This document shows, piece after piece, positions 1 to 13,660 of a stretch of 64,000 nucleotides of DNA. Below the pieces are notes generated by a model, which saw nothing but the letters and a program-made list of their open reading frames with translations, was not told the origin of the DNA and ran no database searches. Within the stretch, counting starts at the first letter, position 1. Each line of letters opens with the position of its first letter. The position numbers were made by a program, and so were the translations under genes. The DNA comes from Octopus sinensis. Taxonomy: Eukaryota. Where the stretch lies: contig NC_043001.1 of the NCBI RefSeq assembly GCF_006345805.1, positions 51,770,001-51,834,000 on the forward strand, given 5' to 3'.

Positions 1-25
1 TCATAACCTGTGTATGTATGTATTA

Positions 26-58
<33 letters not shown>

Positions 59-65
59 CACATAT

Positions 66-271
66 ACTCTTTTACTTGTTTCAGTCATTTGACTGCGGCC
101 ATGCTGGAGCACCGCCTTTAATCGAGCAACTCGACCCCGGGACTTATTCTTTTGTAAGCCCAGTACTTATTCTATCGGTCTCTTTTGCCGAACCGCTAAG
201 TAGCGGGGACATAAACACACCAGCATCGGTTGTCAAGCAATGCTAGGGGGACAAACACAGACACACACACA

Positions 272-325
<54 letters not shown>

Positions 326-452
326 TACGACGGGCTTCTTTCAGTTTCCGGCCCGAGGCTATAGTAGAAGACACTTGCCCAAGGTGCCACGCAGTGGGGC
401 TGAACCCAGAACCATGTGATTCGTAAGCAAGCTACATACCACACAGCCACTC
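66..452 (-). mobile_element. tRNA-derived CORE-like SINE (family A) with internal (TA)n/(CA)n tract
   Basis: Minus strand reads gtggctgtgtgg..ggttcagccc..ccttgggcaagtgtc (Pol III boxes plus CORE-like motif), then a microsatellite, then a conserved tail ending gactgaaacaagtaaaagagt. More than ten similar copies occur in the window. Confidence 0.85.
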
Positions 453-579
453 AAAATCAGTTATATGTTCCTCTTTATTATTTATTAATACGGACATACA
501 CATTTTATACATGAAGATTCTATACCTAAATACTGAGTAGAAATGTACGTTATGATTTTAATAACTTATTCAGTATTTG

Positions 580-720
580 GTAGCGGTTCGGCAAAAGTAC
601 CCGATAGAATAAGTGCTAAGCTTACAAAGAATAAGTTCTGGGGTCGATTTGCTCGACTAAAGGTGATGCTCCAGCATAGCCGCAGTCAAATGACTGAAAC
701 AAGAAAAAGAATAAAAGAAT
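580..720 (+). mobile_element. Family A SINE, 3' half
   Basis: tagcggttcggcaaaag..ccagcatagccgcagtcaaatgactgaaacaag matches the family A tail. Confidence 0.8.
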
Positions 721-1183
721 ATAATTCTTTCATGTGGTTATGTTTCGGAGATAGTCTCTCAAGTGTCAAATGAAAATCCTGTTTTATAGTTGTTTTATCT
801 TCGCGTTCAACAATGGCCGGAACATTGTTTTATTTCTTTAATTTTTTTCGTATGCTGGTGATGCCGGCATTGTCTTTGATCTGCAATGCGTGTACGTGCG
901 TGTTTGTATGTATGTATATATGCGAGTGAGTATGTGTTAGATTGTTCAGCTCTCTCGAGTAGATCAAAGACAACGAAAAAAAAAATAAAGAAACAAAAAG
1001 GTTTGGTTAATGTTTACATCTTGACCCGGAAATGAAAATCCAAAAATAAATATTGGAATAGGTGTAAAACAATGTGTAGGAAACGAATATGAAAAAAAAA
1101 ATAATAAATAAATAAATGCGCGCAAAGCAACGGGAGGGTGGGGAGAGGACTTCGGTAAATTCACAAGATCCGAGCTTTCCCTC

Positions 1184-2088
1184 ATAACTTTTAGGAAAAT
1201 GGGTTTTTTTTCAATGAAATTTTATAGAAATACCTTTCAAACGGCATACATTAACCAAAAGGATTTGTTTACGCAAATTGCCGAACAAGTAGATAAAGCA
1301 GCCGCAAAATACGATTTTTATATGACACGCGGGAGACTGCGTTCCCGCACTTCTGTTCAGTGTCGTTGCTCAAGTCAAAATTTTCCTTACACAACAGTCT
1401 TAAAAAACATATTGGAAATTTTGATTTTGTCGACTACACAGTGCGGTAGGGTCAGTTGGGCACCGTCTGTGAAAAAACCAGCACCGTGATGGAATTCACT
1501 CTGCCAGAAATTTAGAAACATGCTGTACTGCTTGGCGTACGCGCCGGAAGCTCCAATACAAACATTTCAGAGTGTTTAGGTGTCAATCTGAGGACATGTA
1601 CCGAGAGTAATAAAAATCAAACTTGATATTTAGAGTGATCACTAGCGTTGGCGACGTTATGCTTCTATTCATTTTGCCACACGCTTTCAGACTCAACACG
1701 GAGGCCTACATCATGTGCCTGGAGGACGTAGTGCTGCTCTGGATCAAGAGGGTGGCTGCTGAAAGACCTTATGTCAGGCAATTTTTGCGACCATATCATC
1801 TCCCACATCTGGCCACCTAACTCTCCAGACTACAACCTCCTGATGAACTGAAGACAAGGATTATGGCAGCATTCACTAATTTAAACAAAGAGACGGCCCA
1901 AAAGAGTTGCAGGAGATTCCGAAGTTGTCTGGAGGCCGTGGTTGAAGCCAATAACGATGTTATTGAATAAATTTACTAATTTACTCCTTAGCATTTCAAG
2001 ATATTTTTATGTATTTTGGTAAATATATCTGTAAAAATAAGATGTCATTTTTGCGTAATTTAGATGACAATTGATTCACCGCACCCTA
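1184..2088 (+). mobile_element. Internally deleted Tc1/mariner-superfamily element
   Basis: Transposase remnants LNTEAYIMCLEDVVL and WPPNSPDYN; the right end caccgcaccctata resembles a CAGGGTG-type TIR followed by TA. Left boundary approximate. Confidence 0.65.
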
Positions 2089-2099
2089 TATATATTGTG

Positions 2100-2130
<31 letters not shown>

Positions 2131-2132
<2 letters not shown>

Positions 2133-2295
2133 GACGGGCTTCTTTCAGTTTCCGTCTACCATATCTACTCACAAGGCTTCGGTTGGCTTGAGGATATAGT
2201 AGAAAACACTTGCCCAAGATGCCACGCAGTGGGACTGAAACCGGAACCATGTGGTTAGGAAGCAAGCTTCTAGTACACAGCCACTCCCGCGCCTA
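2131..2295 (-). mobile_element. Family A SINE, head half
   Basis: Matches the head of the other family A copies. Confidence 0.8.
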
Positions 2296-4177
2296 TTTCG
2301 GCTGGAATGCCTCTTACTATAGTTTGTCTGATCAATCATAGTTTAGACCTGGGCCTAAACAACATCTCTTCAACATGTCACGTATACGTTATATTCACAT
2401 ACAAATACTGAATGTCTGTCCTGCTTTTCAATTACCATGGTGACGCTTCATGCTCTAGATACATAAAAAAAAGGCGGCGAGGTGGGTGGTAACAGACGAG
2501 TAAAAAAAGTAACATAGCCTGCTACACAAATGCTGATAAATAAACAGAGAGCTGAATGAAGTATGGCCTTGTGATTGAGAAGTTCGCTTTTCGAAGAATG
2601 ATGCGTGGTTCCGGGTTCGATCCCATACATGCAGCCTGGCAAAGGTTCGACTAAAAAGCCTTGTGGAGAAAATTTAGTTGAAGGAAACTGCGAAATCCCA
2701 ATGCATCGCAGTTCAATGAGATTTCATTTTCTTGACTTAGATTTCCTTAATCTATTTGTCTTTAGGATAAATATGAATTATATTTATCCAGCTTTGTGTT
2801 ACGTTGATTCCAAGGTGACACGTGTCTGTGGAATGTTCAACACGTTAATTCATGAACAGGTAAATCGTACAACTGAATGGGTGTATATTTGACACGTCTG
2901 TCTATGAATGCATGTATGTAGGCGTGTATATACTTCCCATAGGCACGTACGTGTGTGTGTGTGTGTGTCTTTCTCTTTCACACACACATAGAAAGACTAT
3001 AAATTCGGCGGTGGTAAAGAATACGTACATCACCCGTTTTCAGCGTAACAAAAACCCTAACCCGAAACACCAGGTGTACGTATTCTTTACTTTCGCCATA
3101 CATTCTGAGGTATGTATTCGATTAAATCGGCTCCGGTAAAATGAAAATCTAAAATCCACTTCGGTGGGTCTCGAACTCAAATGTTAAGGAACATAAAAAC
3201 GTTCTTAATCCATTACTCTCCCTTAATGTGCTAAAATTATACATTTAGTTTAACTTGGACTTTTAAACACGAACAGTTTTTAGGTTTTGCGACAAAAACT
3301 TTTTGAGTTCCTTTTCAAAATATTGTTAGCATGTTTTTGTTATGAATCATGAATTAAGCATCATGATCATTATTAATATTAACCATAACTTGCAATTCTG
3401 AAAACGCGGTGCTATATATAAAACATTAAAATACGATAGATACAAAACAATTGCTGGAAAAAAATGTAAAAAAGAAAAAAAAAGAAGGAAAAACAAGCTT
3501 TGTTACCTTGGTAAAAAGTAGTATCCAGTTCATTGAATAGTTTAAGGTATGAAGGATAGAGCTTTACATGCCGAGTGTTGTGTATAACTTAAGTGTGTCT
3601 ATGGGTGGACGATAAAAAATCTTGGGACGTATTATGAGATTCGTAAAGATTTATGCGGTAGCTGATTTGCTCCTACCTTTTAAGTAGAAAGAGGGGAATA
3701 CAAATTTAGGGAAAAGATTAACAAATGACAAACACATACATAGCACAAAAACAAAAAGTATATGAAACTATCAACGCATACGCGCTGAGTGGTTTAGCCA
3801 ACCAGATTGGGCTGTAAAGTGATTAGTAAGCTTGCCTTGATCTCTCTCTCTCTCCTTTCCCCCCTTCTCTCTGTGCTTCCTCCTCTTTCTCTCTTTCTTG
3901 TATGTTGTGTTGAATTGTGAGGTACAATTTGTCTGGAAAATTGATTTCTTTTAAAGTTTTGCGGGAATTGAAATGTATGTCGTTTGAAGTGAACACACAC
4001 ACACACGCACACATTATAGAGTTTATGTGTGAGTGACACACTCACACACTGTCACTTTCTTCACGCATGTGTGTGCGTGTATCATGTACACAAATATTTA
4101 CACACGTCTGTGTGTGTGTGTGTGTAGTTGTAGTAGTAGTAACACTCAGCTTTGCTCATACATACATCCATACATAC

Positions 4178-4866
<689 letters not shown>

Positions 4867-5661
4867 TTACAATTTTATTCACATAGTTTGTCACAAGGGC
4901 AATGACGACCACCACCAATTTCGTTTCTCATAACTTTCTGAAAAATACGTCTAATATAAATGAAATTTTGCAAAGTTGGAGAATGTAGATTACGATTATG
5001 TTGGTACCATTTAAGAAAAATATGAGCTGGGGGGATAGAATCATTCTTACCACCTCCTTCGACTTTGTTACCACTGATTTCCGAAACTTTAAGATTTTCC
5101 ACTTCTTTTTCAAGTTTATCTGTTTGAAAACATCAATGTTATGTACTTCCGAAAACGTATTTCTGAAAAAATGTCGTTGAAAAATATGTATTTTATAAAG
5201 TAATAAAGGGGAAAGTAAGACAGGCTTAGAAAGCATAATTCCAAACTACCTTCCTTCTTCCGACCAAATTGATGAATTCATAGTCGGAATATACACCGAA
5301 GAAAACTCATCACAGCAAAATTTCATTTTAAAATGTGCTGAGATATAGAAACTCCCAACCAGAACAATCTCAGGTACTATACAGAACACTGCTGGTCAGT
5401 TTTGTAACAAGGAGTTCTCGCTTTTTTTTTTACTCATTTGTCTTTAGTAACCATGAACAATTTTCATATAAATAACTAAAATATTTTAAGCAATGAAAAT
5501 GTGTAACTATCTTATCCTATCCATCAGTGGCTGTCATGAGTTGTTTAAACGATCTTTGATAATATTGGCTTCAAATTTTAGCACACAGCCAACTGGTATT
5601 TATTTTATCGATCCTGAAAGGATGAAAGGCAAAGTCGACCTTGGAGGAAATTGAACTCTTC

Positions 5662-7800
5662 TTAGATAATATTACCTGAAATCATACCTTCATCCATTGA
5701 GTGGAGCAAAGAAGTGTTCTTAGGGGTGTATTCCATTCTCATATGCCCAGAAAGATAATTTAAGTACGCTGGGCTGCTTGGTGCACTATCTAACAAAGCA
5801 ATGCTTTGTTGGAAATACATGGTGAGGCATAAAGACCTCCCACATTGTGGAAGTAAGTAGAAGTACAGAGGTGGAACAGATTTCATTTGGAAGGCTAAGA
5901 TCTCTCATTTTTGGTTTACTCATTACTTACTCAAAAACTTCTTTCTGTTTTTAGGCTCTATTATTTTCGTATTCATCATTTATTACTCAAAAAATCTCTT
6001 TCTTTTTTAGAACTCGTCATGAATTGGACTGGTGAAAATCGTGGCTTTGTTGTTCAAGCATATTATGAAAATGACTGATCTGTAATAGTGATGCAGTGAG
6101 CGTTCTGTAGACACTTTGCAGATCGAAATGCATCAGTACCAGACCAGAAAATGATTTTGCTTTGGATTTCTAACCTTCAAGCAACTGGATCCACATTGAA
6201 AAGAAAATCTCCTGGCAAACCTAGGACTGTTAGAATTCCAGAAAATGTGGCATCAGTGACAGCATCTGTTCAGCAATTGCCAAAGCATTCTACTTGTAAG
6301 CATAGCATAGCATTAGGAATATCTAACCAAAGTTTGAGGAGGATTTTGCATGCTGATTTGAAATTGCATCCCTACAAAATGATGTTAATTCAAGAATTAA
6401 CCCAGATTGATCATAAATCGTAAAGCCCTATGTGCGGATATTCTTGCACAAGTTCCTGCTGCAGCAGTTCTTCTGAGTATCGATGAGGCTCGCTTCCACA
6501 TCAATGGAAACATAAATGAGCAGAATTTTTGCTGCTGGGCTGAACATAATCCTCATGAACTCCACAAAAGACCGCTTCATTATCTTCATATAACTGTTCG
6601 GTGTGCACTTGCTGATTTTGGAGTCATCGGCTCATACTGTTTTGAGGGTGATGAAACAGTGATGGTTACTTCTGGCCAGTACATTGAAATGCTGGAGAAC
6701 ATTCTGTGCCATAAACTGGACGGCCTAGATATCAAATATCTATGGCTTCAACAGGATGGAACCATGGCTCACACTGCATGATGTTTGCTTGGAGTGTTGA
6801 GGGAAATGTTTCCTGGGCATTTGATTTCTTTGAGGGGAGATGTGGGGTGGCCGGCAAGGTCATCAGATTTAAGCCCTTGTGGCTTTTTCCTTTGGGGATA
6901 ACTAAAAGAAAAAGTTTTTCAATATCGTCCTCCGACTCTTGAGGATTTGAAAGAAAGCATTTGTGAGGAAATCAATGCAATGCCACCTGAGATGATACAG
7001 AGAGTCATGGAGGACTTCTGCGAACGACTGCATCAATTTGCCAACAACGGCCACCATTTGCCTAATATAGTTTTTAAAACCCAGTAAAATAAACTGTTTT
7101 TTATGTACTTTTCAGAAACATAAGTTTTTCCTGGATGGTTGTGTTCCCATTTTATATTCATTCACAATGAGGGAGATCTTTATACCCCACCCTGCATTAG
7201 GCCTTAAACAAAATTAGTTTTGATAAAGGCTTGTAGTCATCCAAGCATTCTTATTTCAACATCAAATCAAAATAGTTTTCAAGGGCTACTTAACAATCAA
7301 ACTTAAAGTAGCCCTTGACAGTACTTAGATTCTTGAAGTGATACTCAAATAGAGGCCTCTCTGCAGCAGCATTTAATCACACAAGAAGTATCAGATGCTT
7401 TTAAACTTTAAAACTTGTAGCTGATTTTTCTTCGCCTCAAAATAAAAGTCCTAGCAGGTATGTACTTCCAGAAAATCCCAGTATCATCAACATTTTACAC
7501 TAGTTCTGTTGTGTAGCCCCCTTCAGCAGTAGCTTTTTTCAGTTCTTCAGTATGATTTGTAGCAGCTACTCTAACAGTGTTGGTTTCACAGGTTATTGTG
7601 CAACTTAAACCATTGCATAAAACTTCCAAACGACCTGTTACTAGAAAGAAAAGATTATGTATTAGCATCTTCCCCTTTCACTATTTGCAAAAATTATCAT
7701 ACCAACTTTTAAATTCCACTTGAATGGCTGTCATATTCAGTCCAGTCCAATCATTGATTCACACACTCAGGAGCTGTTCTATTTTAAGCAACACTTCTAA
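5662..7800 (-). pseudogene. pogo/Tigger (CENP-B-like DDE) transposase relic, split by the 5818-7194 insertion
   Basis: Minus strand at about 7450-7600 gives GGYTTELV*NVDDTGIFWKYIPARTFI. 5680-5815 gives LLDSAPSSP..TPKNTSLLHSMDEGMI. These match the pogo motifs NxDETGLFWK and LLDNAPGHP..PNTTSLLQPMDQGII. Confidence 0.75.
5818..7194 (+). mobile_element. Full-length degenerate DD41D (rosa/Visitor-like) Tc1/mariner transposon
   Basis: Imperfect TIRs of about 32 bp (catggtgaggcataaagacctcccacattgtg and cacaatgagggagatctttataccccaccctg), with TA at left. Interrupted transposase from ATG at 6019 has DEARFH, QQDG and WPARSSDLSPC(G)FFLWG; 41 residues separate the second D from the third catalytic position. 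Confidence 0.85.
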
Positions 7801-9478
7801 TCCATGAAAAAACAATATCCTAGCAGTCAATAGAGTAGCTGCATGAGCTCAAGACCTTACATTATCTTTATTGTCATGTATTGCACCCCGATAAATATTT
7901 TACAACTATTATGTTTCCACTTTATGGTTAACATCCAACATAATCCCTTTATGATTCATTTCACACTAATGCCTTCAAATTCACTTGATGGTGTTGTTCC
8001 AGTAATCTTGAATATACACATTTACAGCTAAATCTAACACCAACAAGGCAGACAAGAAATCCACACCGAATAGTAAAACAGTGTAATCTAAGGAAAGTAG
8101 GTATGCTCTTGATCAGCATTATCTAATTTTCTTATTTCAAATGCAAAAATATAACTGAGAGAATGAAAGTGGTGCATGATTGCAGTGATAGAATAAACTG
8201 CTCATTTAAAGTTAGTAACAAGATGTTCACACAAGAGAATTTTCTCTAAATTGAAATTTTTCTCCTACAGAAAAAAATGCAAAAGCTTAGTTTTGTTAAG
8301 GACATAAAAATCTCACTTATTGCTAGTGTTGCAATAAAATGCACCCATTGCACTTGACAAAAGGGGTTGATGACTGAGCTGAGACAGTATAGGATTGAGA
8401 GAACTTTTTAGACTTGTTGTGGACATGACACTCTTAAGTGTTGGTGCCATGACAAAATGCCCCCAGTACACTCTGTAAAGTGGTTGGTGGTTGGAAAAAG
8501 ATATTAACCACATACATTATACAAGCGAGAATTAGTCTTCAGACATGTCTAGGAAAGTAGTAATGCCAAAAAAGAACTAATCTGGATCATAATGATTTGT
8601 TCAGTATATGCCAGCATAGAAAGCCAATCATAAATCAATGACTTTAACAACAACAACAGCAACAGTGAAGATGGCAGTAATGATGGCAGTGACAAGGAGA
8701 AGGAAGAGGTGTTGGATTTAGCTTCAGATCAGAACTGGTTGAACATGCATTTGAATCAGTTATTCCAACAGTGACCATCCAGTCATTTTTTTAACAGACT
8801 GTAAACTTCATGATGTAAGGAGTTTTTTTTTTAAATGGCAGTGTGTTATTTGAAGAAAATGTGAGTACTATTTCTGGCATGCTGACTGACCATGTAGAGT
8901 CACCCTCATTGACTCATGGGCTAAAGTGCTGCAGATTATCTGAACATTTGTATTTAATCCAAATGACAACTTTACTGCAGTCCTGCCATTCATAAGACTC
9001 TGAGTAGCTCAGTGCAGGTCATGCAGTTTAAAAATAAGTTTATCAATTGACAAATACTCAGAATTTTCTGCCAGTAAGTAAATTTGTATCTATCTGTCTG
9101 TCTGTCTACAGGTGTGTGCGTGAATGGGGCAGGGAAGGTGTTATATTATATAGGGTTTGCAATAATTTGACCCAGTATACTGTTATCTCTGAGCACACAG
9201 CTAGGGGTGAGATAAAGAGAGAGAGAGATAGACAGACAGACTTAGCTGAAAAACTTCCAAGTATTTCAGGCAGTAAAATAGAGATTGCTAGGTTATATGT
9301 AAGTACACTAAAGATATTTCAAGGTTCACTGAATAAATATTTAAATGTAATCATTATGTTCTTGACAACTTTGTTGTTGTTTAGCCCCAGGTCAGTCCTG
9401 ATTGAGTAAATCTGACCTTCCAGTTCTTTTTCTGAGATGTAATATATTCAATGAGCTCTTCCTGTTTCATGTGCTCCT

Positions 9479-9511
<33 letters not shown>

Positions 9512-9517
<6 letters not shown>

Positions 9518-9648
9518 GAGAGGAATGACCACTATGTGGACAAATCTAATGCTAGAAGTAGATCCACTATGGTCTTACCACTAAGAAATGGCAAGACCAT
9601 AGCAAATCTATTATGTTTGTCCACATAGTGGTCATCCCTCTCATATGT
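9512..9648. repeat. Fold-back (MITE-like) inverted repeat
   Basis: acatatgagaggaatgaccactatgtggacaaa pairs with tttgtccacatagtggtcatccctctcatatgt; the inner arms ctatggtctt and aagaccatag also pair. Confidence 0.8.
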
Positions 9649-9693
9649 ATGTAATACAATTTACTGAACCTTCAGTTTTTTAATATGCTAGAC

Positions 9694-12488
9694 CAGGGGT
9701 CTCCAAAGTTTTCCAGCGGAGGGCCACATTGCTGAATTTTTAAAGCTACGGGGGCCAAGGTTCTAAATTATTTATTTTACCAAAATAATATAAATAAATA
9801 GTGAATTAATAATTAAAAAAGGTTATTTATTCAGTACATAATCACAATGTATATAATATCAGTAACAATTAACATGTTTTTTTTAACTTTGATCAATAGG
9901 GGAAACATGAAATTGTTTCATTTCTGACAAAATTTTGTCCAACTGAGGTTCAAAATGAGTGGTTCCAATAACAAGCAATGCATTTAAATGTTCATCAGAC
10001 AATTGTGATCTGTAGCAGGATTTTGTGTATTTCATCTTTGAAAAAGTCTTCTCACACAAATATGTGGTGCCAAAAACTGAAATGAATTCACAGGCAAACC
10101 TCCTTAAATGAAGAAATTGGTCGGATGGAAGGCATTTGTAGAATTCAATCAAATTTCCCTCTTTATATTTGTCCTTCAGGATGTCATTGGATTGCAAATC
10201 AATAACTTCCATTTGTAACTCAGAAGGTAAGTCTCCAATAACAGAGTTAAATGGATTTTCAAAAATTCTTAGTTTTGAAGAACATGCATCAAGATCAGAA
10301 AAACGTTCTTCAAACTGTTGTTTCAAAGCTAAAATGACATCTTGAGCAAACAAGTTTGGAAATGGAGTGGCAGCTTCCTGTCTATATTTGTCACATCGTG
10401 AAAAATGAGTAAAGCAGCTTCTTGTTAACTGACTTTCAAATAGTATTAATTTCTTACGAAAAGCTTTCACCTTTGAGTACAAATCACAGATGAGTGAAGT
10501 TTCACCTTGTATCCGTAGGTTGAAATCATTGAGATGCATAGTTAAATCGGCTGAAAATGCTAATTTCCAGAGCCATTCACTGTCTTTGAGCAACACCTGT
10601 GAATGGTTTTTCTCATTTAAAATCTTATTGAAGTATAGTAAGGTAGGTCTGGAAACTCAGCATTCATTTCCTCCAAGAAATCACGAAATTGGCGATGTTT
10701 GAGTCCATGAGATCTTATGTAGTTAACAGTGGAAATCACAGGATCTAATACAGATGATAAATCAAGATGCTTTCCACACAGTGCTTGCTGATGAAGAATA
10801 CAATGCAATACCAAAGGTTTCAATCCACCGGAATTCTCAATTACTTTGTTAATTTGCCCAACTAAGCCCTTTTTGGTTCCACACATATTTCTGCCACCAT
10901 CTGTTGTTATGCATTTTAGTTTTTTCCATTCCAAATTATACTCAGCCACTGACTTTTCCACTTCTCTAAAAATATCTATGCCTGTTGTTGTTCCATGCAT
11001 GCTGTGCACAGATACAAGTTCCTCAGTAATCTCAAAATTGGCATTTATTCCTCTGATGAACAATAACAATTGGGATGTGTCTGATACATCAATTGACTCA
11101 TCAAGTGCAACAGAAAAGCATACAAACTTGCTGGCTTTGTCTTTTAGCTGTGATTTAATATTTCTTTCAATATGTTCAACCCTACGAGCAACAGTGTTCG
11201 CAGAAAGACTAATTGCGGAAAATAAATCTACGTTTTCTGGACACATTTCCTTAGCTACCTCATTCAAGCACTTTTTAATAAGTTCACCATCTGTAAATGG
11301 CTTACCTTTCTTCGCCAAAAGGTTAGCAACATGGAAGCTTGCTCTTGTTGCTCTCTCTTTTTCTACAGCCTTCTTCTTGAAAACAAACTGCATTGATGAT
11401 AAATTCTTCTTTAATTTGTCAAATTTCTCTTTACGTAGCTGTCCAATGAATTGGTAGTACTGTGATGAATGCTTTTTTTCATAATGTCTCCGAATGTTGT
11501 ACTCTTTAAGTACTGCAATTGTGTCGGTGCATATAACGCATAGTGCCTTGTTGTTTAACTCTATGACAAAATAGTCTATGTTCCATTGTTCCTTAAAAAC
11601 TCTACACTCAGAGTCGATTTTTCGCTTTCTTCCTTGAGCTAACATTTTTACCATGGGTCGACAGATTTTGCTCGACGATATATGTAAAAGGACGAAACAA
11701 GTAAAAACAATATTCACAGGTCACTCGATACGTGCATTCACTTCGGCAGCGACGACGACAAATGACTCACACTTGTGCACAACGAAAACGCCAAGTCTGT
11801 GCTGACTGACGGAATGCGCATCGAACTTTACTCCACGCTGATTGGCGACTGCACCAGGATTAGAAACCACCACACAACGTCAGGCTCAACCCTCTCTATT
11901 CATCGCTCGTGAGATGTAGGTAACATCGATAAATCGATATTTGTCTTCTTTTATTATACTAGGCACGGGACTTTTATTAACGTCATACTTGTCGTATCTG
12001 CTCTCTCAACAGTTGACGGAATAGGTTGACTTTTCTGCGACATCAATAAAGCTAGAAATTGAATCTCTGCTTCATTGTAAGCAGCACCATCCATCTCACT
12101 GACAATCGCCTATTATCTAAGATGAATGATAGGTAGCTCCATAGCGAAGTTAATTCATTTTATGGTGGTTCTGATGGGTCAGTTAAAACGGGGGGAGTGG
12201 AAAAGAACCTATATTTACACTAAAGTTTAGTGTATAATTTTTAATTCGCCGGCGCAATTTAAAGACATTAATTGATGGCAAATCAATTAGCGTCGTCTTG
12301 CGTCTATTTGCTGTACTATATTTGTCAAACGTATTAAAAGGGGTGTAAAGTATATTTGTTTTTGTATGATTTCGGCAAGGCTTGTTTTTCGACATTTGTT
12401 TTATAATTTTGGAGGACAGCTCGGCAGGCCGGATTAAAAACCTTGGCGGGCCGAATCCGGCCCGCGGGCCGTACTTTGGAGACCCCTG
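9694..12488 (-). mobile_element. hAT (Buster/Charlie group) DNA transposon, 2795 bp
   Basis: Perfect 16-bp TIRs CAGGGGTCTCCAAAGT (9694-9709, 12473-12488) and perfect 8-bp TSD tgcTAgac (9686-9693, 12489-12496). Subterminal GGCCCGCGGGCCGGATTCGGCCCGC is typical of Charlie-type ends. Confidence 0.97.
9883..11654 (-). pseudogene. hAT transposase (SPIN/GTF2IRD2/EPM2AIP1-like), frameshifted by a deletion near 10620
   Basis: ORFs 11654-10617 and 10596-9883 carry a BED-like finger (CVIC..NIRRHYEKKH), FSVALDES, TTDGG, CILHQQAL and TTYLCEKTFS plus the dimerisation domain. The RW(LS) block expected after YYTSIR is missing. Confidence 0.92.
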
Positions 12489-12592
12489 TGCTAGACCACT
12501 GATGTAAAATTGATGTTATAGAATTAATATTCAATTTTTCACCCTCGATTTCATTTTATATATATATTCATATATATATATTATATATATAT

Positions 12593-12750
12593 AGTTAATC
12601 CAAACATGAAAACACAAAGAGAAAACACAACAACGCGAGGACGTGGAACAAATATAGTATTATTGGTCACTCAGGGAAGAAGGAGGGTTTAACGTTTCGA
12701 GCGGAGCTCTTCGGCGGAAACATAGGAGAAGGAAAGATCCAGAGAAGGGA
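12593..12750 (-). mobile_element. Penelope-like pseudo-LTR remnant with decayed hammerhead-like motif
   Basis: Minus strand ccgccgaagagctccgctcgaaacgtt, adjacent to (TA)n. Partial copy at 60765-60855. Confidence 0.55.
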
Positions 12751-12762
12751 AATATATATATA

Positions 12763-13215
12763 TCATCATCCTCATCGTCATTTAATATCTGCTTTCCATG
12801 CTGGTATGGGTTAGACAGTTTGGCTGGAACTGATAAACAAGAGGGCTGCGTCAGGTTCCATTCTGATTTGGCATGGTTTCTATGGCTGGATGCCCTTCCT
12901 AATGCTAATAGCTCAGAGTGTAATAGGTGCTCTTTACATGCCACCAGCATGGGTACCCTTTACATGACACCAGCAACGGTCACAATTATGATTCCACCGG
13001 TGCCATTTACATAACACTGGCAGCAACCATGGCTATGATTTCACTTTGCTTGATGAGTTTTCTCAAGCACAGCATATCGCCAAAGGTCTTGGTCACTTGT
13101 CATCACCTCTGTTAGGTCCAACATATAAAGATCATGCTTCACCACTTCGTCACATGTCTTCTGAGTCTACCTCTTTCACAGGTTCCTTCCACAGTTAGAG
13201 CTCAGCACTTCTTTA
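12763..13215 (-). mobile_element. RTE-clade LINE 3' end with (GAT)n tail
   Basis: Degenerate ORF end TVEGTCERGR..VVKHDL..MTSDQDLWRYAVLEKT, then a 3' UTR containing ttaggaagggcatccagc and a gatgat tail. The same UTR occurs at about 14090-14300, 28917-29146, 29415-29582 and 34890-35078. Confidence 0.75.
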
Positions 13216-13221
13216 CATGTG

Positions 13222-13530
13222 AAGGCGTATGACTTAGTGGTTAGCGTATTCAGCTCATGATTGTATGGTTGCAAGTTCAATTCCTAGTGGTGCATTGTGT
13301 TCTTGAGCAAGACACTTTATTTCATGTTGCTCCAGTCCACTCAGCTGGCAAAAATGAGTTGTACCTGTATTTCAAAGGGCCAGTCTTGTCACATTCTGTG
13401 TCACGCTGAATCTCCTAGAGAACTACATTAAGGATACACATGTCTGTGGATTGTTCAGCCACTTGAAAGTTAATCTCATGAGCAAGTTGTTCTGTTGATT
13501 GATTCAACTGGAAGCCTTGTCATCGTTACC
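13222..13530 (+). mobile_element. tRNA-derived SINE (third family)
   Basis: A-box-like ttagtggttagc, B-box-like gttcaattcc, then gagcaagacacttt..ccagtccactcagctgg. Confidence 0.65.
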
Positions 13531-13625
13531 AGTTATATATATATATATATATATATAGGTCAGCATAGCTAAGGTCAAATGACTGAAACAAGTAGAAAGA
13601 TAAAATGATATATTTTATACATGTG

Positions 13626-13626
<1 letters not shown>

Positions 13627-13660
<34 letters not shown>

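Noticed and set aside
10846-11457. 203-aa plus-strand ORF
   Set aside because: Antisense shadow of the hAT transposase.
9883-11717. Domesticated host gene of the GTF2IRD2/EPM2AIP1 type
   Set aside because: Perfect TIRs and TSD plus a frameshift show it is a transposon copy.
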